Assembly (NCBI GenBank): GCA_951406725.2
Contig: OX597827.1
Coordinates: 44,640,001 to 44,704,000, forward strand
Length of the DNA stretch: 64,000 bases
Origin: Octopus vulgaris
Lineage: Eukaryota
Reading direction: 5' to 3'
Each line of letters opens with the position of its first letter. Positions within the stretch are counted from its first letter, which is position 1. Shown piece after piece: positions 1 through 12,380 of this stretch. Position numbers and translations under genes: made by a program. The notes below the pieces were generated by a model, which did no database searches, had not been told where the DNA came from, and saw only the letters and a list, made by a program, of their open reading frames with translations.

Positions 1-488
1 CCCTTCTCCATATAGATTTTCATTGTTCACGTCAATGTTATTAACTTTATTCAGCAAACATAACCCTAGTCCTTATGAAGAATTCCTGTATACCATATCT
101 TCTGAAAAATAAAAGAATAAAGATTACACAAGGAATGGAATTTACTCAAATATCTGCACGCATATCTCATATTTGAATACTGTCTTTATTTCTGTGTCAA
201 GTATCTCCTTGAAGACTCCCAGCTGGCCCTAGTCGATATGGAGGTTATCAAACAACTGGCAGGAAGAGTCTAAAATGTTATTATTACTATTATTTGTATC
301 CCAGCATTGCACACTGTCTGTAACCAAAGACGTTTAACTTTCAAATGGTTTGGTCTACCTCCAGACTTGTAAATAAATGATTAACCCTAGCTCATACTTG
401 ATTCAGCAGACCTATAATAAACAGCATTCCAGAAGTGACCATCCCACCATTTTATATACTCCTGACTACAGTGTCCAGTATCTGGTCT

Positions 489-520
<32 letters not shown>

Positions 521-1159
521 TTAATGTCCTCTTTCCATGTTGGCATGGATTAGATAGTTTGACAGGAACTGGCAAGTCAGAAGGTTGTGCCAAATTCTAC
601 TGTCTACTTTGACATGGTTTCTATGGCTTTGCTTATTTTTATAAGATGGTAAGGAATGATTTGAGGAGAATTTGGGAGTTCTTGAACCTATCAGCTCCTG
701 TCAAACCATCCAGCCCATGTCAGCTTAGAACATGGGCATTAAACACTGTTGATGGTGGTGATGATGATGGGTAATACAACATTAGGTATCTTATGCCTGA
801 AGTCAAAATGGGATGTGGAATGGACATGAATGGGATACCTTTCACCATAAGCTTACTCAGTGAAGTCAATTTTGGCTAAACAACATTCTTACATTTCAAG
901 ATTTTGATAGAAAAATTTAATATATCAATAGGAAGGGCAGTGATTAATTTTCCACAATATATATTCTTTCCTTGTGACAGAAAAATTATTTTGCATATGA
1001 ATCACCAGCTGTCTGTCTTTCTCTCTCTCTGTCTATTTTTCTCTCCCTCTGCCTGTTGCTCTCACTGTCTCACATTCTCTCTCTCTCTCTCTCTCTCTCT
1101 ACCTATCTATCTATCTATGATCACTATTGAACTTGAACTTTCAATTAAGTTGGTGGTGT

Positions 1160-1410
1160 TGTGTTAATAATGGTCACTCTCTCTCTGCTTTCCATTTGCT
1201 CCAACAAAGAGCAGTAGTCAGTGACCTTTCTATTCCAGGTGCATTAGTCCTGAAATCCATTAAAGTATGTAAACAGTATTTGCTGCTATGGAGTTTAGAA
1301 CAATTTGAAAATGGCCAACTAGTGTCACACATTAAGAAAGAGCTGGGCAACCAACCATGTCTTGTGCCAATGACAACATTGAACAAGCTTGTGACATGGT
1401 CCTATTGAGC
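1160..1410 (-). mobile_element. Highly decayed LINE (CR1/L2-like) 5' ORF/AP-endonuclease start remnant
   Basis: Minus translation SKLHSSKYCLHTLMDFRTNAPGIERSL loosely resembles the N-terminal 'L..N.RGLRSN...VE..L' motif of APE domains; very degenerate. Confidence 0.3.
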
Positions 1411-1427
1411 AGGCTGCTGACTATTAT

Positions 1428-1812
1428 TCTTTTATCCTTTTACTTGTTTCAGTCATTTGACTGTGGCCATGCTGGAGCACTGCCTTTAGTTGAACAAATC
1501 GACCTAGTACTTATTCTGTCGGTCAGTTTTTGCTGAACCGCTAGGTTAGGGGAATGTTAACACACCAACATCAGTTGTCAAGCGATGTTGGGGGGACAAA
1601 CACAGACACAAACATATACACACATATACATACATACATATATATATGTATGACGGGCTTCTTTCAGTTTCCGTCTACCAAATCCACTCACAAGGCTTTG
1701 GTCAGCCTGAGGCTATAGTAGAAGACACTTGCCCAAGGTGCCATGCAGTAGGACTGAACTCAGAACCATGTGGTTGTTAAGCAAGCTACTTGCCACACAG
1801 CTACTCCTACGC
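1428..1812 (-). mobile_element. tRNA-derived CORE-type SINE, family 1 (tail A), probably octopus OR-type
   Basis: The minus strand has a tRNA-like head (TGTGTGGCAAG..GGTTCTGAGTTCAGTCC), CORE-like CACCTTGGGCAAGTGTCTTC, an internal TG/TA microsatellite and a tail ending in AAAGAGT-like repeats; more than 10 copies in the window. Confidence 0.85.
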
Positions 1813-2195
1813 CTCTTAGAAACAAACAAAATCATTCTGAAATCTACCAGTGACTATGGGACTCCTATGGTAAGGAAGGTGCCATTGTTGATGATTCTTT
1901 CAAAGTGCATTACCGATAATTAACTACTTTTGTTATCATATTTGTATTGAAATATACCACTTTTGTTTTAATTAATTTTGAAAATATTGAAGAATTTAGT
2001 AAAATTCCACACATAATTAGTCTCTTGTTTATTTCCCATTGAATTCCATCTGAAAAAGGTTAAGGTGTGACTACTGGCATACCTTTCAATGTAAAACTAT
2101 AATTTGCTCCTATTTCTGTCTCACCTTGATAATTATATTAGATAGTAGAAGAGTGGTGTCACTATTGAGTTAGTAAAAAACACACTGAGTCATTA

Positions 2196-2885
2196 TAAAC
2201 CCTTTTGATACCAACATGGCTAAGACTATCTTGGGTTCTATGATGCAAACCCTCTGTTTTAAAGAGATCTAAACCAAACCTGTCACAATGTTCCTGCTAC
2301 AGCAGGAATAAATTAAACATCATTTCTTAGTTCTTTATTACCCACAAGAGGCTAAACATAGAGGAGACAAACAAGGACAGACAAAGGGATTAAGTCGATT
2401 AAATCAACCACAGTGCATAACTTGTACTTAATTTATTGACCCCGAAAGGATGAAAGGCAAAGTCAACCTTGGCGGAATTTGAACTCAGAACGTAACGGCA
2501 GACGAAATACTAAGTATTTTGCCCGGTGTGCTAATGATTCTGCCAGCTCGCTGCCTTAATAAATTAAACATCGTTTCTGTCAGATTCTTGGTAGAATGGT
2601 AATGAACAACATACATAGAAAATACAACTGATTTTTTCCATTAGTTTGTCTGCAATAATTATTCTTGAGCTGTATATATAACTATTTACATTTTAGCTCA
2701 GGAACCCAGCTGGAGGGTAAAGTTAGACATGGAGGCCCAGGTCTGATAGGGTTAAAACCCTCTGTAAAATTTTCATATTAATTTATGTGTCAAACACCAA
2801 CTTAATATTGACAAAGTTGTTTTATTAATTCTTTGTTATTTTCAATATTAATTGAAAAAAAAAGGCAATTTATTTCAACAGAAAT
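2196..2885. mobile_element. TTAA-CCC piggyBac-type MITE family B carrying nested insertions
   Basis: Starts TAAACCCTTTTGATACCAAC and resumes after 2755 with AAATTTTCATATTAATTTATG..; related pieces at 1920-2005, 3195-3327, 18574-18920, 24284-24455 and 27030-27285. Confidence 0.65.
2328..2557 (-). mobile_element. tRNA-derived SINE family 2 (Meta-domain-like body), tail A, with a ~21-bp TSD
   Basis: Head AAGGCAGCGAGCTGGCAGAATC, B-box GAGTTCAAATTCC, body GACTTTGCCTTTCATCCTTTCGGGGTC; flanked by AATAAATTAAACATC(A/G)TTTCT on both sides. Confidence 0.85.
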
Positions 2886-4416
2886 CATCATCATTTAGTG
2901 TTCTTATTCCATGCTAGCATAGGCTGGATGGTTTGGCAGAATCCAATAAAATGCCAGACTTTTGAGTTCCAGTCTCTGTTGGTCTTCTCAATTCCAACTA
3001 CCTTACAGAATGCGCTGGGTTCTTTGTTTGTGACACCAGCACTAGTGAGGTCAGCAAGTATCTTGCAAGACAAAGAAAAGGGTCCCTCAACTGAGTGGAG
3101 GTTGTAGTAGTGACGTGGGGGTGCATTATGCCAGGTATTGAGAGGCTAAAGTATAATAGAGGGACAAGGTTAGGCACAGGTATCTTGCTGAGGGTTAAGC
3201 TGATGTTTGGAACATAAATTACATGAAATTTTGATGGAAGGTTTTAAATTAGATTGCTTTAAATCAGGAAGTTTGTGCAGGGAACAGTGAGAGGGAGATC
3301 TCAGGCAGGTTGGCATCAAAAGGGTTTATGATTCATTCCAGTACTTGGGGGATCTGGTATTTCTGTACCCCTTCCTATAACTAAAGATTTAACAAAGCCA
3401 GCCTACCTCTTGTCAACATAACCAAAACTGTTACTGAGTATGAGGGAATGAAATGCTTGCCACACTCCCTCACATAATTAGGAAATTATTTGCTTGTTTA
3501 TTTCCTATTGACATTCCATCTGAGAAAGGTAAGGAGGGAGTCAGCACACGTCTTTCATTGTAAAACTATAATTTGCTAGTATTTCTTTCTTAGCTTGATA
3601 ATTATAGAAGACAGCAATATGGCAGATGAGTATTGTCACTACTGAGTTGGTTTAGGAAGACACCAAATCACAGGTTTTTGTTTCCTTGTTTCTGTTTACT
3701 TATTTATTATTCAATAAAGTATCTATTCATGTTTAATATTTTCTGGCAGGTTTGAATGTGAATATCTGATTGCTGCTGTTTTCCATCAATGGAGAACGCC
3801 TCCTCCCTTTAGGTGATGTCTGCTCATAATACACCTGATTCACCAAATGTAAGGCGACTTTCATTGAACCAAAGCAAACAGTAATCACATATTCATTTTT
3901 GAATTTGCCAGAACATATTAAGAATGAATAAATAGATGTGTCGTTGATTGTATTCAGTGTGTGCACCCCATGAATTATTATCTGTTTGGCAGACATTCGC
4001 ATGCATCAGCAAATAATTTGTTGGCTAATTCCTATAAACAAGAGCTTGTGCTCTACTAAACAAGAACAATGAGCCAATCCATTGCAATGAGATACTGTCT
4101 TGGATAAGCAGTGTGTGTTCATTTACAATCAATGGTTTATCTATTAGGTAGTAGAACCCAGACTTTTTCTGAAGCAATATACTGTTTTAAGGTATATGAC
4201 CTTATGAGACACATCTTTTTAGGCAAGCTCTTTTTTTTTAAACATTGCTTACCAATAACCTAAACTCCAGCACTGTTGGGTTTACAAGATGCAGGGTGAT
4301 TTTCTGGGTCATTTGTCATTTTTTTAAAGTGCATCCTATCAGTAAATAGCTTCCATCCAAATGTCCTCTTATTCCACAGGCTATTTTATATTTGTTTAAT
4401 CCCAGCTTCACCCTGA

Positions 4417-4644
4417 TTAACTCTCTAGCGACCAAATTACTCTGACAAATGTAAATCTTATTTATTCATCTTATTTTAAATTAATCATGCATCATCTCAT
4501 AGATTTGAGATTTTGATGATGCTATTGTATATATTTAGACTGACATTGTAGGGTAGGTATGAGAGACTAGATCTGGCCAGTTTGAACATAAAATATGACA
4601 TATATTTCGGCCAGATGTGGCCAGTTTAAATACTAAAGGATTAA
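4417..4644. mobile_element. TTAA-flanked piggyBac-type MITE family A (reverse copy)
   Basis: TTAA at both ends; reverse complement of the copies at 25979, 46788 and 47054. Confidence 0.75.
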
Positions 4645-4879
4645 AGATTTATGCTCAGACAATCCAGGTGTGGCTATCCCATTGTTGTGAAGTAGGGGCT
4701 AACTAGCATTACATTATTTAATATATCCTTACCATAAGATTTTGCGTAGTCATTTTAGGGAGATTTGGCTGTTATTTCTTGCACAACAAGTAATTACTTT
4801 GAGACTGTCTTGTTGGCTCAAGTGATTTGACTTGGCTATGCTAAGGTGATTGTCCTAAAATCTGAATAAGTAGTTTAGC

Positions 4880-5340
4880 TTGCTTGTGCTAAATTTGTTC
4901 TAAAGTGTGAATACCTCAGTGTACCATGAGACAAAGTGAATGCTGTAAATTCCTGACTGGATCCAACTCTTGGTGATGAAATGAAGAGAATGTGGAATGG
5001 TTAGTTGAAGAGTGAATATTGGAGAAATTAATTGGGAAGGCATGTGGTGGTAAGCAATCAGTGTATCAAGTGTCCAGAGGGATGAAATGAAAAAGATAAA
5101 AATGGAGGAGCAACATGAGAAACAGCCTGTCAGTGTGGTTCGAGGTAGATAGGTCAAAAAGCTGGAGTAGAAAAGAAAAAAAAAGAACATGGAGCATGTG
5201 AAGACAATATGTCAGTGTGGTAGGGGCACAAGTCAGAGTTATGTAGGAAAGAAAAGGATCAAGTAGGACTTGTGTTCTTAATCTGGGTAATGTGGTAGAG
5301 TGGTAAAAACCAGTGACAAGTTGAACAAAATTAGAGGAGT
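4880..5340 (-). mobile_element. Decayed CR1/L2-like LINE endonuclease-region fragment
   Basis: Purine-rich + strand stretch similar to 29060-29800; no intact frame. Confidence 0.4.
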
Positions 5341-5352
5341 CTGAAGAATTTG

Positions 5353-5860
5353 TATCATCGTCATCCTCTAATGTCTGTTTTCCATGCTGGCATGGGTTGC
5401 ACAGTTTGACAGGAGCTGGCCTGTTGAAGAGCTGCCTGGGTGCCATGTCTGTTTTTGCATGGTTTCTATGGCTGGATGCCCTTCATAACACCAGCATTTT
5501 ACAGAGTGTACCGGGTCTCTTTATGCAGCACCAGCACTGGTGCTTTTGTTTGGCACTGGCAAAGCTGCTTTTTATGTGGCACCAGCTTCCACAAGTCCAC
5601 AAGATTAGGATTGCTCAGCTGAAGAGGAATCTAAGGGACATGCCTGTATGCAAGGACAACCACGATTTTAGTTAATGTGACATGTCTTCTCAAGCACAGC
5701 AAACCTCGGTCCCTTGTCACCCCCTCTGTGAGACCCAACATCTGAAAATCCTTCTCACCACTTAGTCCCATGTCTTCCTGGATCTAGTCCTTCCATGTAT
5801 TTCCTCCACAAATGGAGATTGGCACATCATGATGCAGCTGTCCTCATCCATATGCAATGT
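5353..5860 (-). mobile_element. RTE LINE 3' end (ORF C-terminus + 3'UTR + (GAT)n tail)
   Basis: The minus strand gives ..HMDEDSC..GRTRSRKTWD*VV, similar to the RTE 'GRPRKTW' C-terminus, then the UTR motif CCATGCCAGCATGGAAAACAGACATT and a GATGAT tail; UTR fragments recur at about 490, 685, 2885, 17030, 23355, 23738, 26495, 28460, 30520, 40657, 41552, 45533 and 60355. Confidence 0.75.
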
Positions 5861-6932
5861 GTATGCAGTGTGTATAATGGTACACACATACACAATATGG
5901 AAACCAACAAAGGGATCTTTTTATATTTTCGTTGTCTCCTGCTAGAAAAGGCAGCCAAATCATCCTATTATGTATGTACATGGGTATAAAATAGAAAGAA
6001 AAATTGTTGGTTACAATGGAAATATCTGCTTCAGTAAACTCTATCCAACTCATGCAAGCATAGGAAATGATGATCACACATACACATGCTCATATAATCA
6101 AATTTTTTATTCAAGTACAAAAATACTGTCACTAATACTTAGACCATATTGGTTTATCAGGAATAGAATATTCAATCATTCTATCTTTTTATTGAAAGGT
6201 GAACTGGAAAATTGAGAGCTAAATGTTTTAGGCTAACTCTGATAATACAATCTGAACTGTCCCTCAGATAGTTCATCAATATCTTATTCGTTCAACAATA
6301 GCACTAGATGTGTTCTGCATAATAAACATACATACTTTAGGGTTTTATGTACATAATGATTATCTGAGATTCTCTGTCTAATTATTTGACAAAAAATTCA
6401 GTTCAAGATTTTACAAAATTTAAAAGTAAGGGAGATAACTCCAGAAAAATCAGCTAACTGAAATTTGGTGGAGAATAAAGTTTATGCTATTGGGAATGGG
6501 ATCTTATTTTTGAAAGCAATGAATGTGTTTCTGTCTGATTAGACCTTGTCCGCAAAGAATACACTTCCCACTTGGTAACACTTTAGAAAGGTTTAGTAAA
6601 TACAAAAGCAGAATTTTAATGTCACTGATACATTTTATCAAGAGACTATTTAGGTTGCAGAACCCTCAAATTCTCCTAATCTACATTATCCAATATATTT
6701 TCATTCAACAGACTGTAGTAAGTATGTGCATAGGGGGTCGGAGTGGGATAGGGTTAAGGTGATTTGGTTGCTATTTTTAGCAAGTCATCACATAAGGACT
6801 TACCCCTTTGTTGGCTCAACCACTTGTTTTATTTTGTGTCTTTTATGTGTTATATATATACATATATACAGAGTATATACAAAGTGTGTGTATATATATA
6901 TATATTAGAAATATATACAGAGCATATACAAA

Positions 6933-6987
<55 letters not shown>

Positions 6988-7814
6988 TTGTATATATTCT
7001 GTATATATGTCTAATACAGGAAATGCTCTAAAAGAAAATCTAATTAAACTCAAGTCAGACAGCCACCAGGGTAATAAATATATAAAAAATAAAGGAAGGA
7101 GGAATAGTTACAAGTTCAAAGTGTGTGTTTGTGTGTGTGTGTGTGTGTGTTGGTTTGTCTGTGTGTGTGTAGTGTTTAATAAATGTTTTGTCAATGTTTG
7201 CTGATGTATTTAATTATAAAATGATTTGGAACATTCTCCCCTGCCTACCATAACCTTTGTCTGTAAAAATCTACTCAGAAATCATATTTTCACTGCAACA
7301 TATATAATACATCAGCTGAGTCTTTCATTTATAAGACCTTATTAATGTTGTTGTAGTTGTTGTAATTATTGCTTGAAAGCTTAAATTTTTTTAATTAACA
7401 AATATTAGTAGTAGTGGTGTGATGGTGACAACTTTCATTGTGTTGGTGGGAGCAAGTATTTTAAAGTCTTTTAAATGTACAAGTCTCAAACATGTAATAT
7501 TTTGTGAGATGGAGAAACTTTCATGAACTAAAGTTATCCTTGCACTGAGTAGACAAAAACTCCCTTTAGGAGCGTTTAAAACCCATAAGCAATGAACAAG
7601 GAAGATAACTCGAAGAAGGCAAGTAGAAGGAAGTGTTTGGAAAATATAGACTGTCTAGATGGGTGAGGATGTGGTCTATAGAGCTAACTGATGAAAGTAA
7701 GGGATGTTTCAGTCTTATTAGACCACTTCAGTAAAATATGCTGTGCTGGATTGGCAAGGCTGAGAATGTTGTGTGTGTTTGTGTGTGTGTGTGTGTGTGC
7801 ATATATATATTCTT

Positions 7815-8606
7815 GGATCATTGGTTTTTGTTACTGCGTGTTAAAATCTTTTAAAAAAATTTTTAATGTATCATATAGATGTAATTTTTGACACTGAATC
7901 CAAATTTGTTATTCATTTATTCCAGAAAAATTTTGCGAAAATGTTACAGGTGTTCAAAGTTTAATAATTTTCAGAATTTTCAACTAACCAGAAGACAGCA
8001 CATTTGCTGCCACTTCCATCATCTGTCACAGTAGCGAGAAAGTGGGGGGAACCAGCATGTCAAAACATTAAACTAGCTACAGTAAACAATGAAAGACATT
8101 AAGAGGTTCGCGAGCAAAGCTACGAGCAAACCAACAGGAGTTACTAGAAATAACAGTCAAAACATTAAAATATACATGAGCAAAGTTAACATTGAAAAAC
8201 ACTAAAACATTCGCAAGCAAATTAAATATTTAAAAGCTACAAGCAAACTGACAGGAGTTGCTAGAAATAACAGTCAAAACGTGGTGGCCACAATCCTTGT
8301 GTGCATGTGCAGTAACTTCAATTACTTTGGAAAGAGAGTTCTTCACAGTCAGTTGTGGAACACGTGGTACTTCTTTGCTTTGGTTACTATGGAAAGAGAA
8401 AGAGTTCTTTGCCACAGTGATGTGTAAAATATTCGTTTCTGATTAGCTAAAATACCCAAATTTTAAAGGCAAATAACTTTTTAATTATGAGTTTATAGGG
8501 AAAATGAATTTCATTTTCATGATTAGTATACAAAACTTAATCTATATACCAAATTTGAAAAAAATTGGAACAAAATTGTAAACAGTGACAAAAACCACAA
8601 AGATCC
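7815..8606. mobile_element. Non-autonomous Merlin-type DNA transposon
   Basis: TIRs GGATCATTGGTTTTTGTTACTG / CAGTGACAAAAACCACAAAGATCC; perfect 8-bp TSD ATATTCTT (7807-7814, 8607-8614); internal ~48-bp direct repeats at 8117 and 8233. Confidence 0.75.
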
Positions 8607-8609
8607 ATA

Positions 8610-8746
8610 TTCTTTTACTCTTTTATTTGTTTCTTTCATTAAACTGTCGCCATGCTGGGGCCTTGAATAATTTTAGTTGAATGAATCTTCCTCAGTACTT
8701 ATTCTGTCGGTCTCTTTTACTAAATCTGTAAGTTATGGGGATGTAA

Positions 8747-8810
<64 letters not shown>

Positions 8811-9150
8811 TAAAAACAAAAGAACAAACACAAAAAAACAAAATAGAGGACATGGTACATGTAAATTATAAGCAGACGCTCAGGCTAGTTCTTCTTCAGA
8901 AACAGAGGAAAGTCCAATAGAAAAGGAAGATGGAGGGAAAAACAAACACCAATGATTCACATGTGGTTACATGTATGTATATATATATATACACATACAC
9001 ATATGATGGGCTTCTTTGAGTTTGCCTCCCAATTTCGCTTACAGCCCAAGAGGCTAAAGTAGCAGACACTTACCCAAGTTGCCACACATGGAAACAGAAC
9101 CAGGAATCATCTGGTTGGGAAGCAATCTCTTACCACACCCCCATGCCTAT
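8610..9150 (-). mobile_element. Family 1 SINE interrupted in its microsatellite by a Penelope-like fragment (8810-8975)
   Basis: SINE tail 8610-8750 and head 9005-9150 flank (TA)n and an unrelated insert containing TTTCTGAAGAAGAACTAG on the minus strand. Confidence 0.7.
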
Positions 9151-9900
9151 GTATGTGTATATGCATATACATACGACAAAAATCAAATACTGAGATTATA
9201 TTATGAAATTATTCATAACATCTTTACGTGTATTTTGATGACCATCACAAGAACCAATTATGGAAAGATTTCTTTACATAATCCTTTGGATTCATTCACA
9301 TCATCAGAAGTTGCTATATTTATAGTAATTGAAACCAAAAAAAATGACCATTACATAATTTCTGTTGATCACTACACACATACAAAGATGCTTTGAACAA
9401 ATAATGACTCATAACAAGAAATTCCATGGAAAAAAGCATGAATGCTCTTTAGAGGGTCCTTCATAACAATTATAAGGGAGTACATAAAGTTGTAAGGTGT
9501 TGGATATTCTCCGAGCTAAATTTTTAATCACCTGATGAAAATTTTTTTATTATATAATCATTGTAATCAAGCTATTATTCATCAATAAAAAAAAATGTGT
9601 CTGAAACAGCTGTTGTGAACCATTAAGCCATTTGTGTTCATATGATGTATATACACAGCTGGCCAAAAGCCACATTACAGTATGTCAAAACCATTCATTC
9701 AGTTCCAAGATTAAAGCAAAAAAATTATTTTATGAGACTTCACTAATAAATGTTGAAAAAAAAATGATTTTAACTCTCAGCATTCAATTATTAAACATTC
9801 ATAATTGGAATGAAGAAATAAAACTGAATATTTAGTATTTATGGAATTTTGATATACTGTCAGGTGACTTTTGGCCAATCCTATATATATATATATATAT

Positions 9901-10003
9901 TGCTCTTTTCGAGCAAGAATTGGTCTTATCAGTCACCTGCGGACTCACCAATAAATTTGCGCGAAGACCATCATCCTCGACCTTGAGGGATTGCCATAGT
10001 AGT
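9901..10003 (+). mobile_element. Extreme 3' end of an RTE-clade LINE inserted in (TA)n
   Basis: 9901-9954 translates CSFRARIGLISHLRTHQ*, the C-terminal zinc-finger end of RTE ORFs, followed by a short UTR and a TAGTAG tail. Confidence 0.8.
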
Positions 10004-10199
10004 ATATATATATATATATATATATTTACACACACACACACACACACCCAATAATGAAGTTCATAAGATAGCTTATTCCTTTGTCATATCATTTTCTTAT
10101 TACTACTCTATACTCTACTAAGTATATTGAGTTCCATACGAGGTTATTAGTTTCACAATGCCGAAGCAAAATGTGTGTGTGTGTGTGTGTGTGTGTGTA

Positions 10200-10350
10200 T
10201 ACAGGACATCACAAAACATAAACAACATGAAATACGAAAACAAATTTGGGTGTGCAAACAATAAGAGAAACAAATGGAAAACAAGACAAGTAACATGAAG
10301 AACGACCCTTCATCAGTTGTCGGCTGTCCATCTACCCCTCATTTCGAATA
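10200..10350 (-). mobile_element. Penelope-like terminal-repeat fragment
   Basis: The minus strand has TTCGAAATG..CAACTGATGAAGGGTC and a T-rich end, inserted between microsatellites; architecture like 8810-8975 and 36385-36505. Confidence 0.4.
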
Positions 10351-10539
10351 TATGCACATATACACTTACATACATGCATAAAGAGAAAGAAAGGGTGTAA
10401 TTGTGGTGCAGATTAAGAGGCTAAGGGAGAAATACTTTAGTCAAGTGTTTTCTGCTTTCTGATACAAATGTAGTTGGGTCCCTCTCATTCAAAGATGTAA
10501 ACAGCAAGTTGAAAATTAACTGAGATAATCCATGATAAT

Positions 10540-10718
10540 CTGGAATCGTTAGCATGCCGGGCGAAATGCTTTATTTCGTCTGTCCTTACGTTCTGAGTTC
10601 AAATTCCGCTGAGGTTGACTTTGCCTTTCATCCTGGGGTCGATGTAATCGACTTAATCCCTTTGTCTGTCCTTGTTTGTCCCCTCTGTGTTTAGCCCCTT
10701 GTGGGTAATAAAGAAACA
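10540..10718 (+). mobile_element. Family 2 SINE, tail A, internally deleted
   Basis: Matches 27928-28159. Confidence 0.8.
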
Positions 10719-11370
10719 TATTAATCTATTCAGATTCCTCTTCTTCTTTTTTTGCCTTCTCTATCTACTATATTCGGTCTGGTGGCTACCACCACTCACT
10801 AATTGCCACAAACCTTTCTTTCTCTCATGCCTGTTCTTGTTAAGTCCCTCCACCACAATCGTCATCATCAGGGGCTTCAGTAACACCCTTCTCTCCTTCC
10901 CTATTACTACCACAACCACATCAACAACAACAGTATTTATTTAAACACACTTCAATAGTTAGTAAGAATTCCTCTAATCTATTTCTAACCAAGAAAAAAC
11001 AAACTTTATCACTTTGCATTCTCCCTTTGCTGTAGGGACAAAATACCTTGGTAGTGGTAGTGGTGGATAGTGGTGCAGGTTCTCTGACTTTAAAAAAAGC
11101 ATGACCTACTTTCTCTTATTTAAAAGCCTATTTCACTTCACTTCTGCTGGGTTATGAAGTCTAGATGCAGTGGTTCCTTAAGCTGACAAATGCCAGTCCC
11201 CACCCCCACGCCTGATCATCCCTTCCTCCTGGAAAAAGTATTAGTGAAAATGTTTTGCTTTCTTCTTTAGACAAAGAAGATTTTGCATCCATATAATACT
11301 TCTGTTTTGTTTGGGGGGTCTTTTTCTTTTCTTTTTTTTTTTTGTCCTTCTGTCAGACAAGTTTAGACAT

Positions 11371-11749
11371 TTAACCCTTTGACTACATAAATAAATTTCA
11401 TGGTCATTCTTGTAATGGTATTAATTAACCACCAAAAAAAAAAAAAAAACTAACAAAAAAAATGGATTTGATATTTTCTGCTTCCCCAACACTTTGTCAG
11501 TATTTCCTGTAGGTACGGTTTCCATATCTACCACTAAAGTATTTGATCCTTGCTCTGTAAAGAGATATTGGATGAAAATCTGAAAAATTGTCTTTTGTGT
11601 AAAAGTGTCACTGAGAATAAATGGTTTTTTTTTGTGTGTTTTTGGGGGTTTTTTTCTTCTTCTTAAACCATAGAGTAAAACCTATTTCTACAGTTAACAG
11701 TAATAAAATTTTGAGTGAATATATGTGCTTTCAGCATTCAAAGGGTTAA
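11371..11749. mobile_element. TTAA-flanked piggyBac-type MITE (family C)
   Basis: Perfect terminal inverted match TTAACCCTTTGA / TCAAAGGGTTAA. Confidence 0.6.
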
Positions 11750-12154
11750 AGCCATCTTAATTTAGTTCAATGCACCAATTTGTCTGTCCTGCTGTTCAGC
11801 CTTCACATCTTCCCACTCAGTCACCATGGAAACCACTGGTTTAGGTAAACCTATTATTTATGATATTGCCATGTTGTTTAGTCCTTGGATGGAGTAGTCC
11901 TTTGATCAATAAACTGCAAGCCATAACCAACCACCCTTGTATATTCTTTTCAAGATAGGATGTGATTTGAGGAGGATTTGGTTCTTGTTTCCAACAGATT
12001 AAACAGCTACACAGAAGGTCGTCCTTTTGTTTTGTTTTGTCTTTTTCCAATCTCAGACATGTCATGTGTGACTTTGCAGTTTGATTTTTGTTCAAGTTTT
12101 GAGTGTGAATATCTTTCCTTCTAGTCAGTCAACTGCTTACAGAATGGACTACAT

Positions 12155-12380
12155 CAGAGATGGGCAACTTTTCGTCAACTGGGGACCCGCATCATACCAT
12201 TTGCAAGTGGGAGAGGGCCGTGTGATAAAACACATATGCATGAAATATTACTTACCCACTTTACACCGAATTTTTTGCAGTTTTTCTTAATTTTATTCGT
12301 CTTAGTGTGAAATTAGTAACCTAGAAACTCCTTGAGGGTCGCACAGCAACATGTCTAGGGCCACAGGTTGCCCATGAATG
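12155..12380. mobile_element. hAT (Charlie-like) MITE
   Basis: TIRs CAGAGATGGGCAAC / GTTGCCCATGAATG; perfect 8-bp TSD GACTACAT (12147-12154, 12381-12388). Confidence 0.85.

Noticed and set aside
9901-9945. Hammerhead-like CUGAUAAG..CUCGAAA on the minus strand
   Set aside because: It lacks G8 and stem III, and is fully explained as the antisense of the RTE C-terminal coding motif RARIGLISHLRTH.
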